NCBI GenBank assembly: GCA_001600695.1
Contig: BCKQ01000013.1
Coordinates: 279,605 to 343,604, forward strand
Length of the DNA: 64,000 nt
Origin: Ascoidea asiatica JCM 7603
Lineage: Eukaryota; Fungi; Ascomycota
Direction: 5' to 3'
Shown here: positions 22,699-35,675 of the stretch, one piece after another
Layout: each line of letters opens with the position of its first letter
Numbering within the stretch: position 1 is the first letter of the stretch
Made by a program: the position numbers and the translations under genes
The notes under the pieces: model-generated
Seen by the model: the letters and a program-made list of their open reading frames with translations, nothing else
Databases searched by the model: none
What the model was told of the DNA's origin: nothing

Positions 22699-25600
22699 TT
22701 TTATTTATAAATTATGTTGAGAATGGAAATGAAATTAATTTGATTTAATATATAATATGGTATATAACTTTGTATAGGATATTAAATATATGAAATTATA
22801 TGATGATATATGATATGATATTATATATGATATTATATATAAAAATATTGATATTGATGGTTACTATGTTGAAAAAATTTTAGTAAAAGAAATTTAAAGC
22901 TTATAAAAATTTAATGAAAGTTGTCTATAATAAAAAAAAAAGAGAAAATCAATGTTTATATATAAATTGAATGAAATATTTGATATGAAGTGAAGGAAAG
23001 AAAGAAAGAAAGAAAGAAGTAAATAAAAGATTCATATTAAATTCGGTTTTCCTGAGAAAATATACTTATTAATTGATTAATAGTTGACTAAAATTCAGTA
23101 ACAATACAGTATTGTTTCTGTAGTGTAGTGTTACTGTAGTGTAAAGTTATCAAAAATCAATTTCCCATTAAAATTACTGATTAACCATAAAAAAATAATA
23201 ATTCAAGTAATTGTAATTATTAAACTTTAGTGGTAGTGCCTGTGATAAAAAGAAAATAACTTACTTGAAGTAAGCCAATAACCCAATAATCCAATAACCA
23301 AATAATTAATTAGCCTAAGCACTGAAAAAGGATAGAAGTAGATAGATAATCTTTGCGTGTTACAATAACTTTCAAAAACTTTTCAATAACTTTTCAGTAA
23401 ACCAGATGTATTAAAGGGAGATTTGAAAGTTTTTCAGTAGTTTGGCTGTATTTTATTGCAGAAATAACGAACTTTAACAAGAAACTCGGTGGGTGAAAGT
23501 AAATTTTTGGCAAACAAATCTCCAAGTGCATACCTTTGAGCTTGGTAAGAATATAAATAATACAAGGCAAATTAAAGGTCTGAGAAGTGTGAAAAGTTTG
23601 AAATTGGAGGACAATATTTTGCATTTGTTAGACTTATCATAACCTCATTTATGCCTTATGGCTGTGTCGACTAACAAAACATATTGTTAATTATCAATAA
23701 TATGTTCGAGGAGCATGATTTCCGTAGATTAATCATTTACACACTGCTGTAGTGATAATGAATAATATTTTCTTTTATTTGTTTTAGAATATAAAATATT
23801 TAGATTTTTTGGAAACTTGAAAACAAGTCAAACTTGGGGCCACCTAACTTGGCCTCAGCATGTTCACCAGGCTCAACCACTTCAACAACTCCATTAAAAC
23901 TGGCGAAGTTAACTTGAATTCAAAGGAGATTTGCAACAGCATTCTCAGAAACTGAAGAAGTCTCAGAAGCCTGAGAAACCTGAGAAAACTTTTTTGGAAG
24001 TATAAAGATTCTGAGACTGTTGTCAAAGAAACTAAAACACAAGGTTAGGTTGCTCCAGACAAGACTAATGTAACATTTGCAGAATTATTTGAACAAACAA
24101 TTCAAAATATTTTTACAAAAATTGTAATTATTCATAACATTTGTTTTTTAATAAATGTCTTAAATATTTGTAGTGTTGGGAGGATGCAAACTTTGGAAAA
24201 ATTGCAACCAAAAAAAAACGTTAATTGCAGCTAATTAATAAATGTTAACTAAAATATTGGTTCTGGATCTAAAGTTAAATGAACGAAAGCCTTAAAAAAC
24301 CAAATGTTTATGAAAATTTTAATGAATATGTCCATGAATAATTATTTACAATATTGATTATTAAAGATTAGCGTATTTAAGATTACTTTTTGATGCAACT
24401 TGTTTTCATATTAGTATTCTAACAGTAGAGCATTTTATCATCTCCAGTGATAAAACAGCACCAGCAAATGATTTTAATAACGTTGTTGGAAAAAGCGCAA
24501 GTAACGTTACAAGTTTAACAATAAACTCATTAATTTTCAATGATCCAGAAGATTATGAGAAATATTATGAATATCCTGATACAATGACTAAAAGTATCTC
24601 AAATGCCTCAGATTTATGATCCTTTTCTTCTTCATAATTATCGTTGTCTTGTTTTTGTTCTTGTTATTCTCTTTTACAGTACAATAAAGTTCAAACCACT
24701 GACATTGACAGAGAAGACCAAGAAGACAAATCAAATTTCATAGTTTGAACATTTTTTAATCTTGTCATTAATTGACCTATGAGATTATATATTTTTTCTA
24801 TTTAAAATTTATTATTTATTATTTATTTTTTATCGTTTATCTTGTCTGTTTTCTATTCAAATGAAATTTGGCCGTAAATTTGAAATAATATTTCATTTTG
24901 ATTAAGGAGAAGCCAAGTACTTTTATTTCAATTTCAATTTCAATCTTCCATCAGTTCAAATCCATGAGAATATTTTAATTAAATAAAGGACAAGCTAAAG
25001 ACAAGTTTAATTCACTCCTGTTTAGAATAACAATAGACTACTGTTAGAATACTAATAGAATACTGTTTTTTTTTCATCCCTGATTTATTTTCTGATAACG
25101 TCAAAAAAGGCTGTTGAGTTCCAATTTATCTCCACTAAAAATATGTATAATATCTGCCTATAATCAAGCCTAAATTATCATTATTTTTTTTAATTATAAT
25201 TACAACAGTCAAATCAAGCCTTATTTTACTCTTCAAATACAGTGCAGTAATAATATTTAATTATATCAAAAGCACTACTAAATTATGATCTTATATCTCA
25301 ACGGCTTTTCTACTCGATTTAATATCATTGGCTTCCATTATCATCTTTTGAAATTGATTAAAACTGATTGAATTTGCTTGAGTACCAATTGAATTAGGAT
25401 CCTCCAAGAACCTCAGTCGATTACTAAAATAAGTTTTACTAAATAATATACAATAGGCTTCATATTAATATATTTTTTAATATATTCTTAATATCCTTAT
25501 CGTTAAATTAATAGGGCTGATAATAACTTTTGATTTGTAACTTCACGTTTCAAAAGATTCTTTTATCTTATCATGATACCATTGTACAGTGCTGTGATAA

Positions 25601-28600
25601 ATTATTGAGAGTTATCTGAAAAGAAAAAAGAATGTTACTTTCACAGAAAAACTTCCTTAATTGAAATGAGAATTAAAAAATTTATTAATTAATTAATTAT
25701 AATCAATTGAAATATTGGAATTGACTGAAGAATTAACCAAATAAAAAGCAATATTACTTCAAAATATTCATTTTAAGCACTCAACTACTGTATTATTTCT
25801 TGTGAATTCAATAAGGAGCATGCATTAATAAATAATTATCAATAATATTATTAAAATTCTCTCCTTATCACATTATCACACTCTTAAGAAATTCAAGGCT
25901 AATTCCATTTCATTTCGTTAATGTAATTATGTTATTGAGAAAGTTTTGGTTTCTTAAAGGAATAACCCTATGTCAGTTTGTAATAAATATAATATTTATT
26001 ATTAAATGTTAGTGATTTTTACTAAATTTTGAAAAACATTAAAAGATATTAAAAAACAGTAAAACAATTGAATTATTGTCTTAAACATGTTTTTGAAATA
26101 ATGAATTTTGTCTCAGATAAATTTACAATATTCCTGTCAGATTTCTCAAAATATTAAAAAATAATTAAAAAACAAATCTGAGACAATATTGTAAAATTAT
26201 GTATAAATACAGTAATGTTATCAATAAGTAATTAGTAATAATCTTCAATTAAGAAATTTTATTAAAGGAATTAATAATATCAAATTGTTTGATCTTCATC
26301 ATCACTAATAATAAAAATAAATATCTTTGAGAACTTTTTTAGTAATTTAAAGATAATTATTTCCTCTTTTTTTATGTTAATTATTAACTTACAAACATTT
26401 AACAATGTAGATTTGCAAGCACTCAATTAAAAAAAAAAATTAAATACTTGATTGGCTAATTACTTAGCTCCTTGATAATTTATATTGATTAAAAGTTCTT
26501 TTATTGACTTCTTTTACAAAGGCTTGCAATAATTATTAAATGGATTACGTGTATCTCGTAGTATATAACAGTTTTGCCAAAGTGTACAGTATAAATCGAT
26601 CCATAGGACCAAAATTGGAGATATGAGACAAAAATTGTGGTGATAAATTGAAACATTTCCTTTTCGAAATTCAAATTTTTTTTTTTTGACTCCACTAATT
26701 CTACTTAAGTTCTAATTAATTTACACTATTATGGATGTGAAAAGTTTTAGTTCAGGAACCAAATAAATTTGTCCACTAATCTTTTAAATCTTTGTGATTC
26801 CAGAGAAATGAAAAACAATTTCAATTCATAAAAGGATAATATTTATTCAAAATACTCGAATGGTTGTTTGAACTTTGAAAAGTTTCTCCAAATTAAAACA
26901 TTCAAATAAATAAATATTTAAAGGTCTCAAGATGGAGAATTCAATTTGATTATTATTTTTTCTTTGCAATTTTGACCATCAAAAGCAAGAAAAATATAAA
27001 AAATTATTTCTGCAATTTATATATCTAGATCTTATTTATTATAGTAATACATAGCCATCTTTAGTAAGAGTAAGACAAAAACAAGAAAAATTCACAGAGT
27101 TACTTCTCTAATTTTTCCTTTCAATCATTGAATCAATATTTTATTCAAAATAATAATTCTCTAGGAGTCCATAAAATACCGATCCGATGGTGAATTTTGT
27201 TATTGCGTTTGGGTAATAATGTTTCATAAAATTCTCCAATATCAATAATAAAATAGTCATCGCTTATACAGTATCTTGGCTTTGGGTAATCTAGTGCAGG
27301 AATTTGAATTCACATATTCTACATTACTGTCTACCAAATAAATGATGAGAAATTTTTGTGTTTTTTTTTTCTCCGAATTCAATTAAGGAGATTAAAAAAT
27401 ATCAATGAAATATATGCACATTCTCTAACAAATAGAAAATTAAAAGTGAATGATGACTTTTAATTTTCATAAACTTGAATCTATTTTTTTTTCTTTTAAA
27501 TACAAGATTTTACGACTTCCAGATAATGGAATTTTTAAATCAACGTGCTTTAGTTTTATTTTTATTCAAATTTCATTTACACTAATTTATTTTTTACAAA
27601 AAAACAATTGAATAAAAACAAATTTCATAAAATCCAAACTTGGACAAAAATAAACAATGGATAGATTTAATTTTTCCAATAATAGCATTTCGTATAATCT
27701 GAAAATGAGAAGCAATTTGTAAATTTTTCAATATAAAAGTTTTATGGATCTACTTTTTTGATGAACTGTAGTACTGCAATGTAAATATATTTGCAGTAAT
27801 ATGAAATTTGAACAAAGAGAAGACATATAATATTGTTATTATTAGTATTTGGCTAAATTACCAATGTTTTCGAAGTGTATATTAACAAAAGTATTAAAAA
27901 TTTCTTTCTTCCGTATGATAAACGATAATTTTACTGATTGTTTTCCGATTTTTTTTTCAAAAGACATTTTCCACCTTTTGCCCAAGAACAAATAAACAAA
28001 AAAAACAATTAAATTTTTGGACGGAGAGAAGGTTTATTCCATATTTAACAAATACATATTACATAAGCTTGTGATTATTATTATTTGAATCGCAAACCCC
28101 TCTTGGTGGTGATAATTTTCAATAGAGATCTGAAATATGAATGAGAATAAAATAATAATAATTATTTGTCGTAGTAAATATTATTTTCCAAATTTCACTT
28201 TCCCAAAAGAGATCAAATACCAAGGTGAAATCTCAACGACTTTAAAAAAGTACCGCACGGAGAAAAAGCCTGGTGCTGTTAACATTAGACCAAAGTGTTT
28301 CAATTCCCCATTTAGACGGCAAGCAATTCAAAGCCTGTGATTGGCTTTCCCAAATATGCAGTACGACGTTATGTTATGGCTCAGCTACCTCAAAATTAAC
28401 TTGTTAATTTATATACATAACTGTGCAGCTATGCATAATAGATTTGGAACGTTACAAAAAGTCTGCATTATCTAGATCGGAGCCAATTAAGGGAAGCAAC
28501 TCCAAATGTACCGCGGTGTGTACATTCCCCTAGTAAAACCCTAAATACGCAGAACAGCACCGGTGGGCGAACAGACGCCACAGACCAATACGTGCCGTGA

Positions 28601-30569
28601 GCTATTGAGGCAGAGTCACGCTGTCTGGATCTTGGGGGTGGCCCCTAGCACTCTGGCCAGCCAATATCCGTGCTTCTCTGAAACCCGCCAGAACAAAGCT
28701 AATTTTCACCGACGACCTTTTTCCCTAAGGCTTTTCTGCCGTTTAAGAGCCCTGGAGATTAGCCCTGAAGGGAGTCAAAAAGAATATTAGGGCATTGATG
28801 TTAATTAAGGTGTGAAGGAATTGAAATACCTGAATAGTTAATCTTTGAAAGATAAGTAATCAGAATTGTTAGCTTTATTTGAATTTTTGATAGGTGAATC
28901 AATTTAGCTTGTCGACTAAACTTCCAATAGTCAATGATAAAGTCTTGATTATCGAGTAAATTGACTGATTAAAACTTCTAAGATCTTTTTGGGATCTTTA
29001 GTGTGGTAAATAAAAAATTACTAATAAGCTGATTGAAAATTTTTACTTCAGAAACTTTCCCAGAAATTATCTTCTAATAATACTCTTTCCTACTCTGAGA
29101 CTTGATTATTATTACTCAAGGGATGTTTCCTTATCAACTGGTTTTACTAAAGGTTCAAAAAATGATTTCTTATTTGTTTTAAAAAGAAAACAATTCAAAA
29201 TACGAGCAAATATTTTATTTTCGAGCTTCACTAAATTTTTTTAGCTCCTTCTGTTAAAAAAAGACTAATCGGGAAATTTCATAAAATATCAAAACATTTC
29301 AAAAAATTTCATGAATTTTAAAAAACAGTTTTTAAGAGTAGATTGAGTTTTTGACTAGAGTCAACGTTCAAAAAACGTATTTTTTTTAATTTCTATTCAA
29401 TTCTTCAACAATTTAGCTTCTTTGTCTCTTAAAGATTTCTTTTAAGATAATTTAAAGTGAAATATTGAATATAATAAAAACTACTCAATAACTTTCTCTA
29501 TTTTTAGTGAAATTACATCCTTTTCTTACCAATTGACTCTTTTGAATCCTTCTGATTTTTATTTCTTTAAGAAAATAAGCCACCTAATATCTGATTTTAC
29601 CTTTTTTTTGAGGTCGTATTATTCGAGCTGTTTTATTGCCAATCGTTGCAGAAAACAAACTATCAATAAATCAATCAATCAATTAAGGAGATAACCGTTT
29701 TTAAGAATGAAATTGCTATAAAAATTAAGTTAAAAAATAAACAAGGCAGATTAATTTAAACCAGAAATTGAAATCTACACTACAATGACACTACTGCTAA
29801 TATTAATATCAATCTATCTTTAATAATATGACGAAAATTCAGACATTTATGTATGATAATGGTGTCAAATAAAACAAATCTGCATCTTTGACTTCTTCAT
29901 TGTAGATATATCAGCTGATTTTTTTTCTTTCATTATTTAACCAATTCAATTGACAGATGAAAGCAATTTAAGAAAAAAAAAAAGCTAAATAAATGGGTAA
30001 ATAATTATTAAAGTGCAACCGGTAATTGAGAATTAAACTAATTGAATATTAGTTTCATTGATGTCTCAAGGGCTTATAAAACTTCAACTGAAATGAAAAA
30101 AAATCTATTGAAAACTGTTGTCTTCAAAAAAACATCTTGCAAAATCAAAACTGGTTTATTAGGTAATTATACAATAAATTAATATTCTATTATTGATAAT
30201 TCGATATATATATGATTGATCAATAATATTTATACAAATATACAATTATCTGATAAAGTATTTAAATAACTTCGATAAAAGTATCCTTGATTCAAGTTTT
30301 TCTAGCAGCACTTCATTAAAAGCAAGGAAAGCCTTGAAAACCAGACTTTCAATCATAATAGAACAAAAAAATGTGACGTAACCATTTTAATTATATACAA
30401 CAAGTCTAATAAAATTAAAAAAAGCAAAAAAAATAAAGTAAAAGAGATAAATATATTAACTTAAGCAACAATGAAGAATAATAGAGGAAGAATAATAGAT
30501 GAATATTAATTATGAGGTTTTTGATTTTGGAATTTTTCTTTTAGATCAATTTTGCTTTAATTTTTAGAT

Positions 30570-32447
30570 TTAAAACAAATTATGAAATTTCATTAAAAAA
30601 TCATAGATTAATAATTTATTTGATGTGATCTTAAAATTGATCCATAATTTTAATGATTTTAAGAAATATTCACAATCTAATAATAACCAAAATTTACTTT
30701 TACTTAATAATTCATTATATTGATTTCTTAAATTTTCCTTATCTTCAGAATAAATTGTTTTTGCACAATATTTAGCCATAATTAAAAAACTTCTTACAGG
30801 ACCTAAAGGATATTCTAATCGTTCATCTAATAGTCTAACTAAATCATTAGTCTTTAAAATTAATAAGGCAAGTTTTGGTAAGGAAGCTAACAAAACCATT
30901 AAATCATTCAATAATGTTCCATTTCTAAATTTATCAACCATATAATTAATTTCATCTTTAGATCTCATAGTTGTAATTTTTTTAGTTGCATGTTCATAAT
31001 CTCTACCTGTCATTGCAGCTGCAAATAAAGGAAATTCTTTATCTTCAACACCGGCAAATTCTTTAGCATATTTTCTCATTGCTTTTTCATCAGATTTAAT
31101 AATTGCTAACCAAAATCTTGCATAAGATCTTCTTAATTGAGTTGGTATAAATCTATATTGACCATGATCATATAAAATAATTTCAAAATTATGATTATTA
31201 TTTTTATCTTTTAAATTTTTATTTTTATTTGAAATAGCTCTAATTGCTAAATTACCACCATGAGGATCACAATGAACTCCAACTCCTGGTGTAAAAATCA
31301 TATTATTAAAAATATGAGCTAAACATGCAGAAACTTCAGCTCTTGAAATATTATTATCTTTTAAATATTTTAAATTATCTAATCTTGCACCACCAGCATA
31401 TTCCATTATTAAAACTCTAGAATGAGCTATAAAAATTTCAGGAACTTTTAATGCAGTTTCTTTTTGAAATTTTTTAAAATAATGACTAGTATTTTTTGCA
31501 TTTTTAGCTTCTTCAACAAAATTTAATTCAATATAAATTGAATCTTGAAATTCATCACCTAACCATTGTAAATCAAATTCTGGGAAAAATTTATATAATA
31601 ATTCAAAAGTAGTTCTAGTTAAAAAAACATCTAAAGGCACAAATTTCTTTAAAGAAGGATGTTGACATTTTACTGCAACTTTATCACCTGTAGATTTTAA
31701 AATTGCAGTATGAACTTGAGCTAAAGAGGCTACACCAATTGGTTCTTCATTAAATTCCGAAAACAAATCATTAATAGATAAAGATAAATCCTCTTTAAGC
31801 ATTTCATTTATTTCAAGAATTGAACTTCTAGGACATCTATCTTGTAATGGGGTCATTGTTTCTGTCCATTGTTTTGGTAATAAATAAGTCATGGCAGAAA
31901 TATGTTGACCTAGTTTAATATATATTCCACCATTTTTTTCAAGAGCATCCAAAGTTATTTCAGCACATTTTTGATGACATTTATCTAATGCAATATTTTT
32001 CTCTTCCACCGAAGAATATTTTGCATCTAAAGTTGTTCTATATTCTATAAAACATCTTATTGTAGCTATTGCAACAACTGATATTCTTTCCAACACTTCT
32101 TTATAAAAATCAACTTTTTTTTCGAATTTTTCATTAGTTAAATATGAAACTGATAATGTAGCTAAAATACCTAAAGTAATTTTTGTTTTCAAACTTAGAT
32201 TAAATGATCTTTTTTGTTTTTTATCAAAATTTTCAGTTGATTTTGAAATATTATTCTTTGCTGGAAATTGATCTAAAAGTTTATGGTCTTTTTTTATATT
32301 ACTAGTTGAATAATGATTTTGTAAGAAAATTACTTTGGATTTAGTGAATTTAGAAAATTTAGTAACAGAAGATTTGGGAAACTGCCTACTGTTTATGGTA
32401 AGGCTTCTCAAGCATAACCTTGAAGAGCCTATTATAATTTTGTTCAT
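30570..32447 (-). CDS. MCP2: Mitochondrial ABC1/UbiB atypical kinase (Mcp2/Cqd2, ADCK1-like)
   Basis: NGGIYIKLGQ, ASLAQVH, VAVKCQHP, HCDPHGGN, YDHG; N-terminal presequence and TM segment; adjacent to NDL1 as in S. cerevisiae (YLR253W/YLR254C). Confidence 0.88.
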   Translation of the reverse strand: MNKIIIGSSRLCLRSLTINSRQFPKSSVTKFSKFTKSKVIFLQNHYSTSNIKKDHKLLDQFPAKNNISKSTENFDKKQKRSFNLSLKTKITLGILATLSVSYLTNEKFEKKVDFYKEVLERISVVAIATIRCFIEYRTTLDAKYSSVEEKNIALDKCHQKCAEITLDALEKNGGIYIKLGQHISAMTYLLPKQWTETMTPLQDRCPRSSILEINEMLKEDLSLSINDLFSEFNEEPIGVASLAQVHTAILKSTGDKVAVKCQHPSLKKFVPLDVFLTRTTFELLYKFFPEFDLQWLGDEFQDSIYIELNFVEEAKNAKNTSHYFKKFQKETALKVPEIFIAHSRVLIMEYAGGARLDNLKYLKDNNISRAEVSACLAHIFNNMIFTPGVGVHCDPHGGNLAIRAISNKNKNLKDKNNNHNFEIILYDHGQYRFIPTQLRRSYARFWLAIIKSDEKAMRKYAKEFAGVEDKEFPLFAAAMTGRDYEHATKKITTMRSKDEINYMVDKFRNGTLLNDLMVLLASLPKLALLILKTNDLVRLLDERLEYPLGPVRSFLIMAKYCAKTIYSEDKENLRNQYNELLSKSKFWLLLDCEYFLKSLKLWINFKITSNKLLIYDFLMKFHNLF

Positions 32448-33569
32448 TGTTCTTCTTGGGTTTTTGCTAAGTTTTTAACTTTTATATTACTTTGAAATAC
32501 TTTTCCAATATATTGTATGAATAATAATCAGATGTTCCTTTTGACCAATTTTCGAATATCAGGAAGATTAAAAAGAGAATCTATCCAATTCTAGTTTCTC
32601 AAGAAAAGAATATCACGACTTTGAAACAAAAAAGTTTGTTCATTCATAGATATCTATGAGCAATTGTATTGATAAGTACTTTCTTACTAAAGAAGAATAA
32701 TCAGTTGATTTAGTTTATAGTTCATCTGTTTTGACAATGCTCTAGGAGCTTGAGCTTTCTTACCTTTCTCAGTTTTCAGAGGATAATCCTAGAACTTTGA
32801 TTCGAACTGTTAACAATCGAAGTAAAACCCCAAGAATAAGAGAAAGGGCCTTGCTACTGAAAAACAGTGGTGGATGTTGGCGGTTTGAGCGGAAAGAATT
32901 CGGCTCACTAGATTCCGTTACCCAATACAGTAATAACTGAGATTGACGCGGAGTTAAAGAGTGTTTGGGTAACAGATGCAAAAGATGAAAACTCTGCTGA
33001 CAATGAAGAAACAGAGAAAGACAAGGCAAAAAAAAAAGAAATATGGATTTGATAGAAATTGGGAGGAAGAATGAAAGCTGAGATAGAGAGCAATGACTAG
33101 TTGAAGTTGATAAATGAAAATGGAATCGAAAGAGACCCAAGGAGATAGTTGCAGGTGCAGTGGAGAACTTTTAAAGACCACTAACAATAAATGAAAAAAG
33201 ATAATGAGAAAAAAAAATAACTTGAAGTTTAAAAATTTGAAGTACCAGTAAATAGTGAAACAGGTAAGAAAATGATAATTCAAGTGTGAAAAAAACAATA
33301 AGTAAAGTTGAGGAGAAATTTAGGGAAAAATAGAGCTATTGATATGAACAGCTAAGATGTTAATAATAAAATAATAAGAGATGATCAAAAGAGAACTTTG
33401 AAATATAAAAAAAAAAAAAATACCAAAATATAATGACATACCAAGAAGAAAAAATATTATAGAATCACAATTTTACAAAATATAGGAAAATCTGGAGTAT
33501 GATTAACATTCAACTTTTAGTTACTGAAGTGGAATTCCATGTTAATCAAAGCAATTAATAAGAGATCAG

Positions 33570-35675
33570 TTATTGAAATTTCTTATGGCTATGAGGATGA
33601 TCTCCACCACTTGCAGTTCTTCTGAAGGAATGTAAAATATTTCTTCTCCTAATAGGTCTTTTGGAACTTAAAGATCTTTTTGGATCTAAAGGTCTTGCAA
33701 AACCAATTAATTTTTCATTTTCTAATTTAATATTACCATTATCTGAATTTGGTTTTAAATTTGAAGTTTTTAATTTATTTGGATCTAAATTGAATTCAAA
33801 AGTATTTTTAGTTATACCTGAGATATGAAATGAAGAAGGAGATAAAGATTTTAAATTTATATTATTTCTTTTTGAAGCTTTTTGATGATTTAAAGAACTT
33901 GCAACACTATCATTACTTGCATTAGTTGCAACTGAGAATAAAGTATTTGAATTATTATTTGTATAAGACATCAGGTTTCTATGTTGTTGGAAATTTAATG
34001 CTCTTTCATTATCATAAGATGAATCAATTGAATTCAAGGAAACTTCATTTTCTAAAGTATTTTCATTATTATCAGTATTATAAGTATTATCATTATTTTC
34101 AACAATTTCTATTGTATTTACCCTATTGAGTGGATTTAAAATTTTAGTTTCAGTATTAGAATTTTCTGTATCATTGTTAATTAAAGTATTACTACTTAAT
34201 TTTGATTTTGATTTCGAATTTGAATTAGAATTTGAATTTGAATTATTTTTAGAAATTGAAGATTTTTCAAGTTCAATATCTGAATCAATTGATAATTTTT
34301 TTAAAACTGAAATTGAGTTATCATATGGAACATGTGGATGAGAACTAAAATTAGTACCTTTATTTGATCTTCTATATTTACGTCTTGGTTTTAAAGAAAT
34401 TCTAATATTTTCAACTCTTGATTCCATTCCTTTAGCTTGTAAGATAATTTCATGTAATTGTCTCATTGAATTTGATTTTGAGATTGTTAAATTTGATGAA
34501 TTACTTGCACTTCTAGTCAGAGTTAATACAGAATCATTATTATGATTATTATTATTATTATTTCCAGTATTTTCAAAACTATAATCATAATTTGAAGATA
34601 AAAGTCTTTGATTTTCATGTTTTAAATCATTCAATTCATTTTGAACTTCAACTAATAAATTTCTTGTATTTTGATGTTCTAATTGTTCTCTTAAATAAAT
34701 ATCATTTTTATAATCTAATTCAGATTCTAATAAAGCAATTTGTTCTAAAGAATCATTATATTTTGAATCTAATTCATTTAAATTTAATTTTAATTTTCTT
34801 TCATTTTGTTCAATATTATCATTTGAAATTTCTATATTAATTAATTTATTTTTAGTTTTTGTTAATTCAATTTTAAATTTATTTATTTGTTCATTTGATT
34901 TATTTGATTGAGATTGAAAATCATTTTGTAAATCAAAATATTTTTTTTTCCAATTATTCAAAACTTCATCAGTTTCAGATAATTTTTTATTTAAAATTTC
35001 ATTTTTTTTATCAAGATCATTTAATTCTTTTTCTAATTCTTGTTCTAATTCATAAGAAGATGATTGAAATTCATTTAATTCAGATTCTAATTGATTAATT
35101 TGATTTAAAGCTTCTTTATATCTTTTATGAGAAATTATATCATTTCTTTCATTTCTATCATTTTTATTTATTTTTGAATTTTTACTATTGGCGGTTAATA
35201 AGTTTAAATTATTTTTTCCATCATTATTATTATTATTATTATCATAATCAGTATTGTAATCAGTATTATTATCAGTATTATAATCAGTTGTATTATAGTC
35301 AGTTGTATTATAATCAGTTGTATAATCATTTTCACTTTCATTTATAAAAGAAGAGCTTGAAATTGGAGAAGTATTTGATTTAGATAAAATTTTTGAAATT
35401 GTATTTGAAGATGTATTTGAATTATTCTTCAAATTATTTGAAGAAGTAGATTTACTAATTGAAATCTTTGGTGGAGGTGATAACATTTTCAAGTCATTCT
35501 GATTTTGAATATAATTTTTGTTAATATTGTTATTGTTATTATTATTATTATTACTATTACTATTGTTTTTCTTTTTATTACTATTACTATTATTATTAAT
35601 GATAGTGTTAGAATTAGAATTAGGATTATTAAGATTAAGATGATATTTTGAAAAATCCATTTTACCAAAAAACAT
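33570..35675 (-). CDS. NDL1: NudE/NudEL-family dynein regulator
   Basis: Coiled coil LESELNEFQSSSYELEQELEKEL...IEISNDNIEQNER...SLEQIALLESEL characteristic of NudE; long low-complexity flanks. Confidence 0.85.
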   Translation of the reverse strand: MFFGKMDFSKYHLNLNNPNSNSNTIINNNSNSNKKKNNSNSNNNNNNNNNINKNYIQNQNDLKMLSPPPKISISKSTSSNNLKNNSNTSSNTISKILSKSNTSPISSSSFINESENDYTTDYNTTDYNTTDYNTDNNTDYNTDYDNNNNNNDGKNNLNLLTANSKNSKINKNDRNERNDIISHKRYKEALNQINQLESELNEFQSSSYELEQELEKELNDLDKKNEILNKKLSETDEVLNNWKKKYFDLQNDFQSQSNKSNEQINKFKIELTKTKNKLINIEISNDNIEQNERKLKLNLNELDSKYNDSLEQIALLESELDYKNDIYLREQLEHQNTRNLLVEVQNELNDLKHENQRLLSSNYDYSFENTGNNNNNNHNNDSVLTLTRSASNSSNLTISKSNSMRQLHEIILQAKGMESRVENIRISLKPRRKYRRSNKGTNFSSHPHVPYDNSISVLKKLSIDSDIELEKSSISKNNSNSNSNSNSKSKSKLSSNTLINNDTENSNTETKILNPLNRVNTIEIVENNDNTYNTDNNENTLENEVSLNSIDSSYDNERALNFQQHRNLMSYTNNNSNTLFSVATNASNDSVASSLNHQKASKRNNINLKSLSPSSFHISGITKNTFEFNLDPNKLKTSNLKPNSDNGNIKLENEKLIGFARPLDPKRSLSSKRPIRRRNILHSFRRTASGGDHPHSHKKFQ

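Noticed and set aside
32769-33298. Hydrophobic minus-strand ORFs between MCP2 and NDL1
   Set aside because: Phe/Leu richness comes from A-rich sequence on the opposite strand; no family signal
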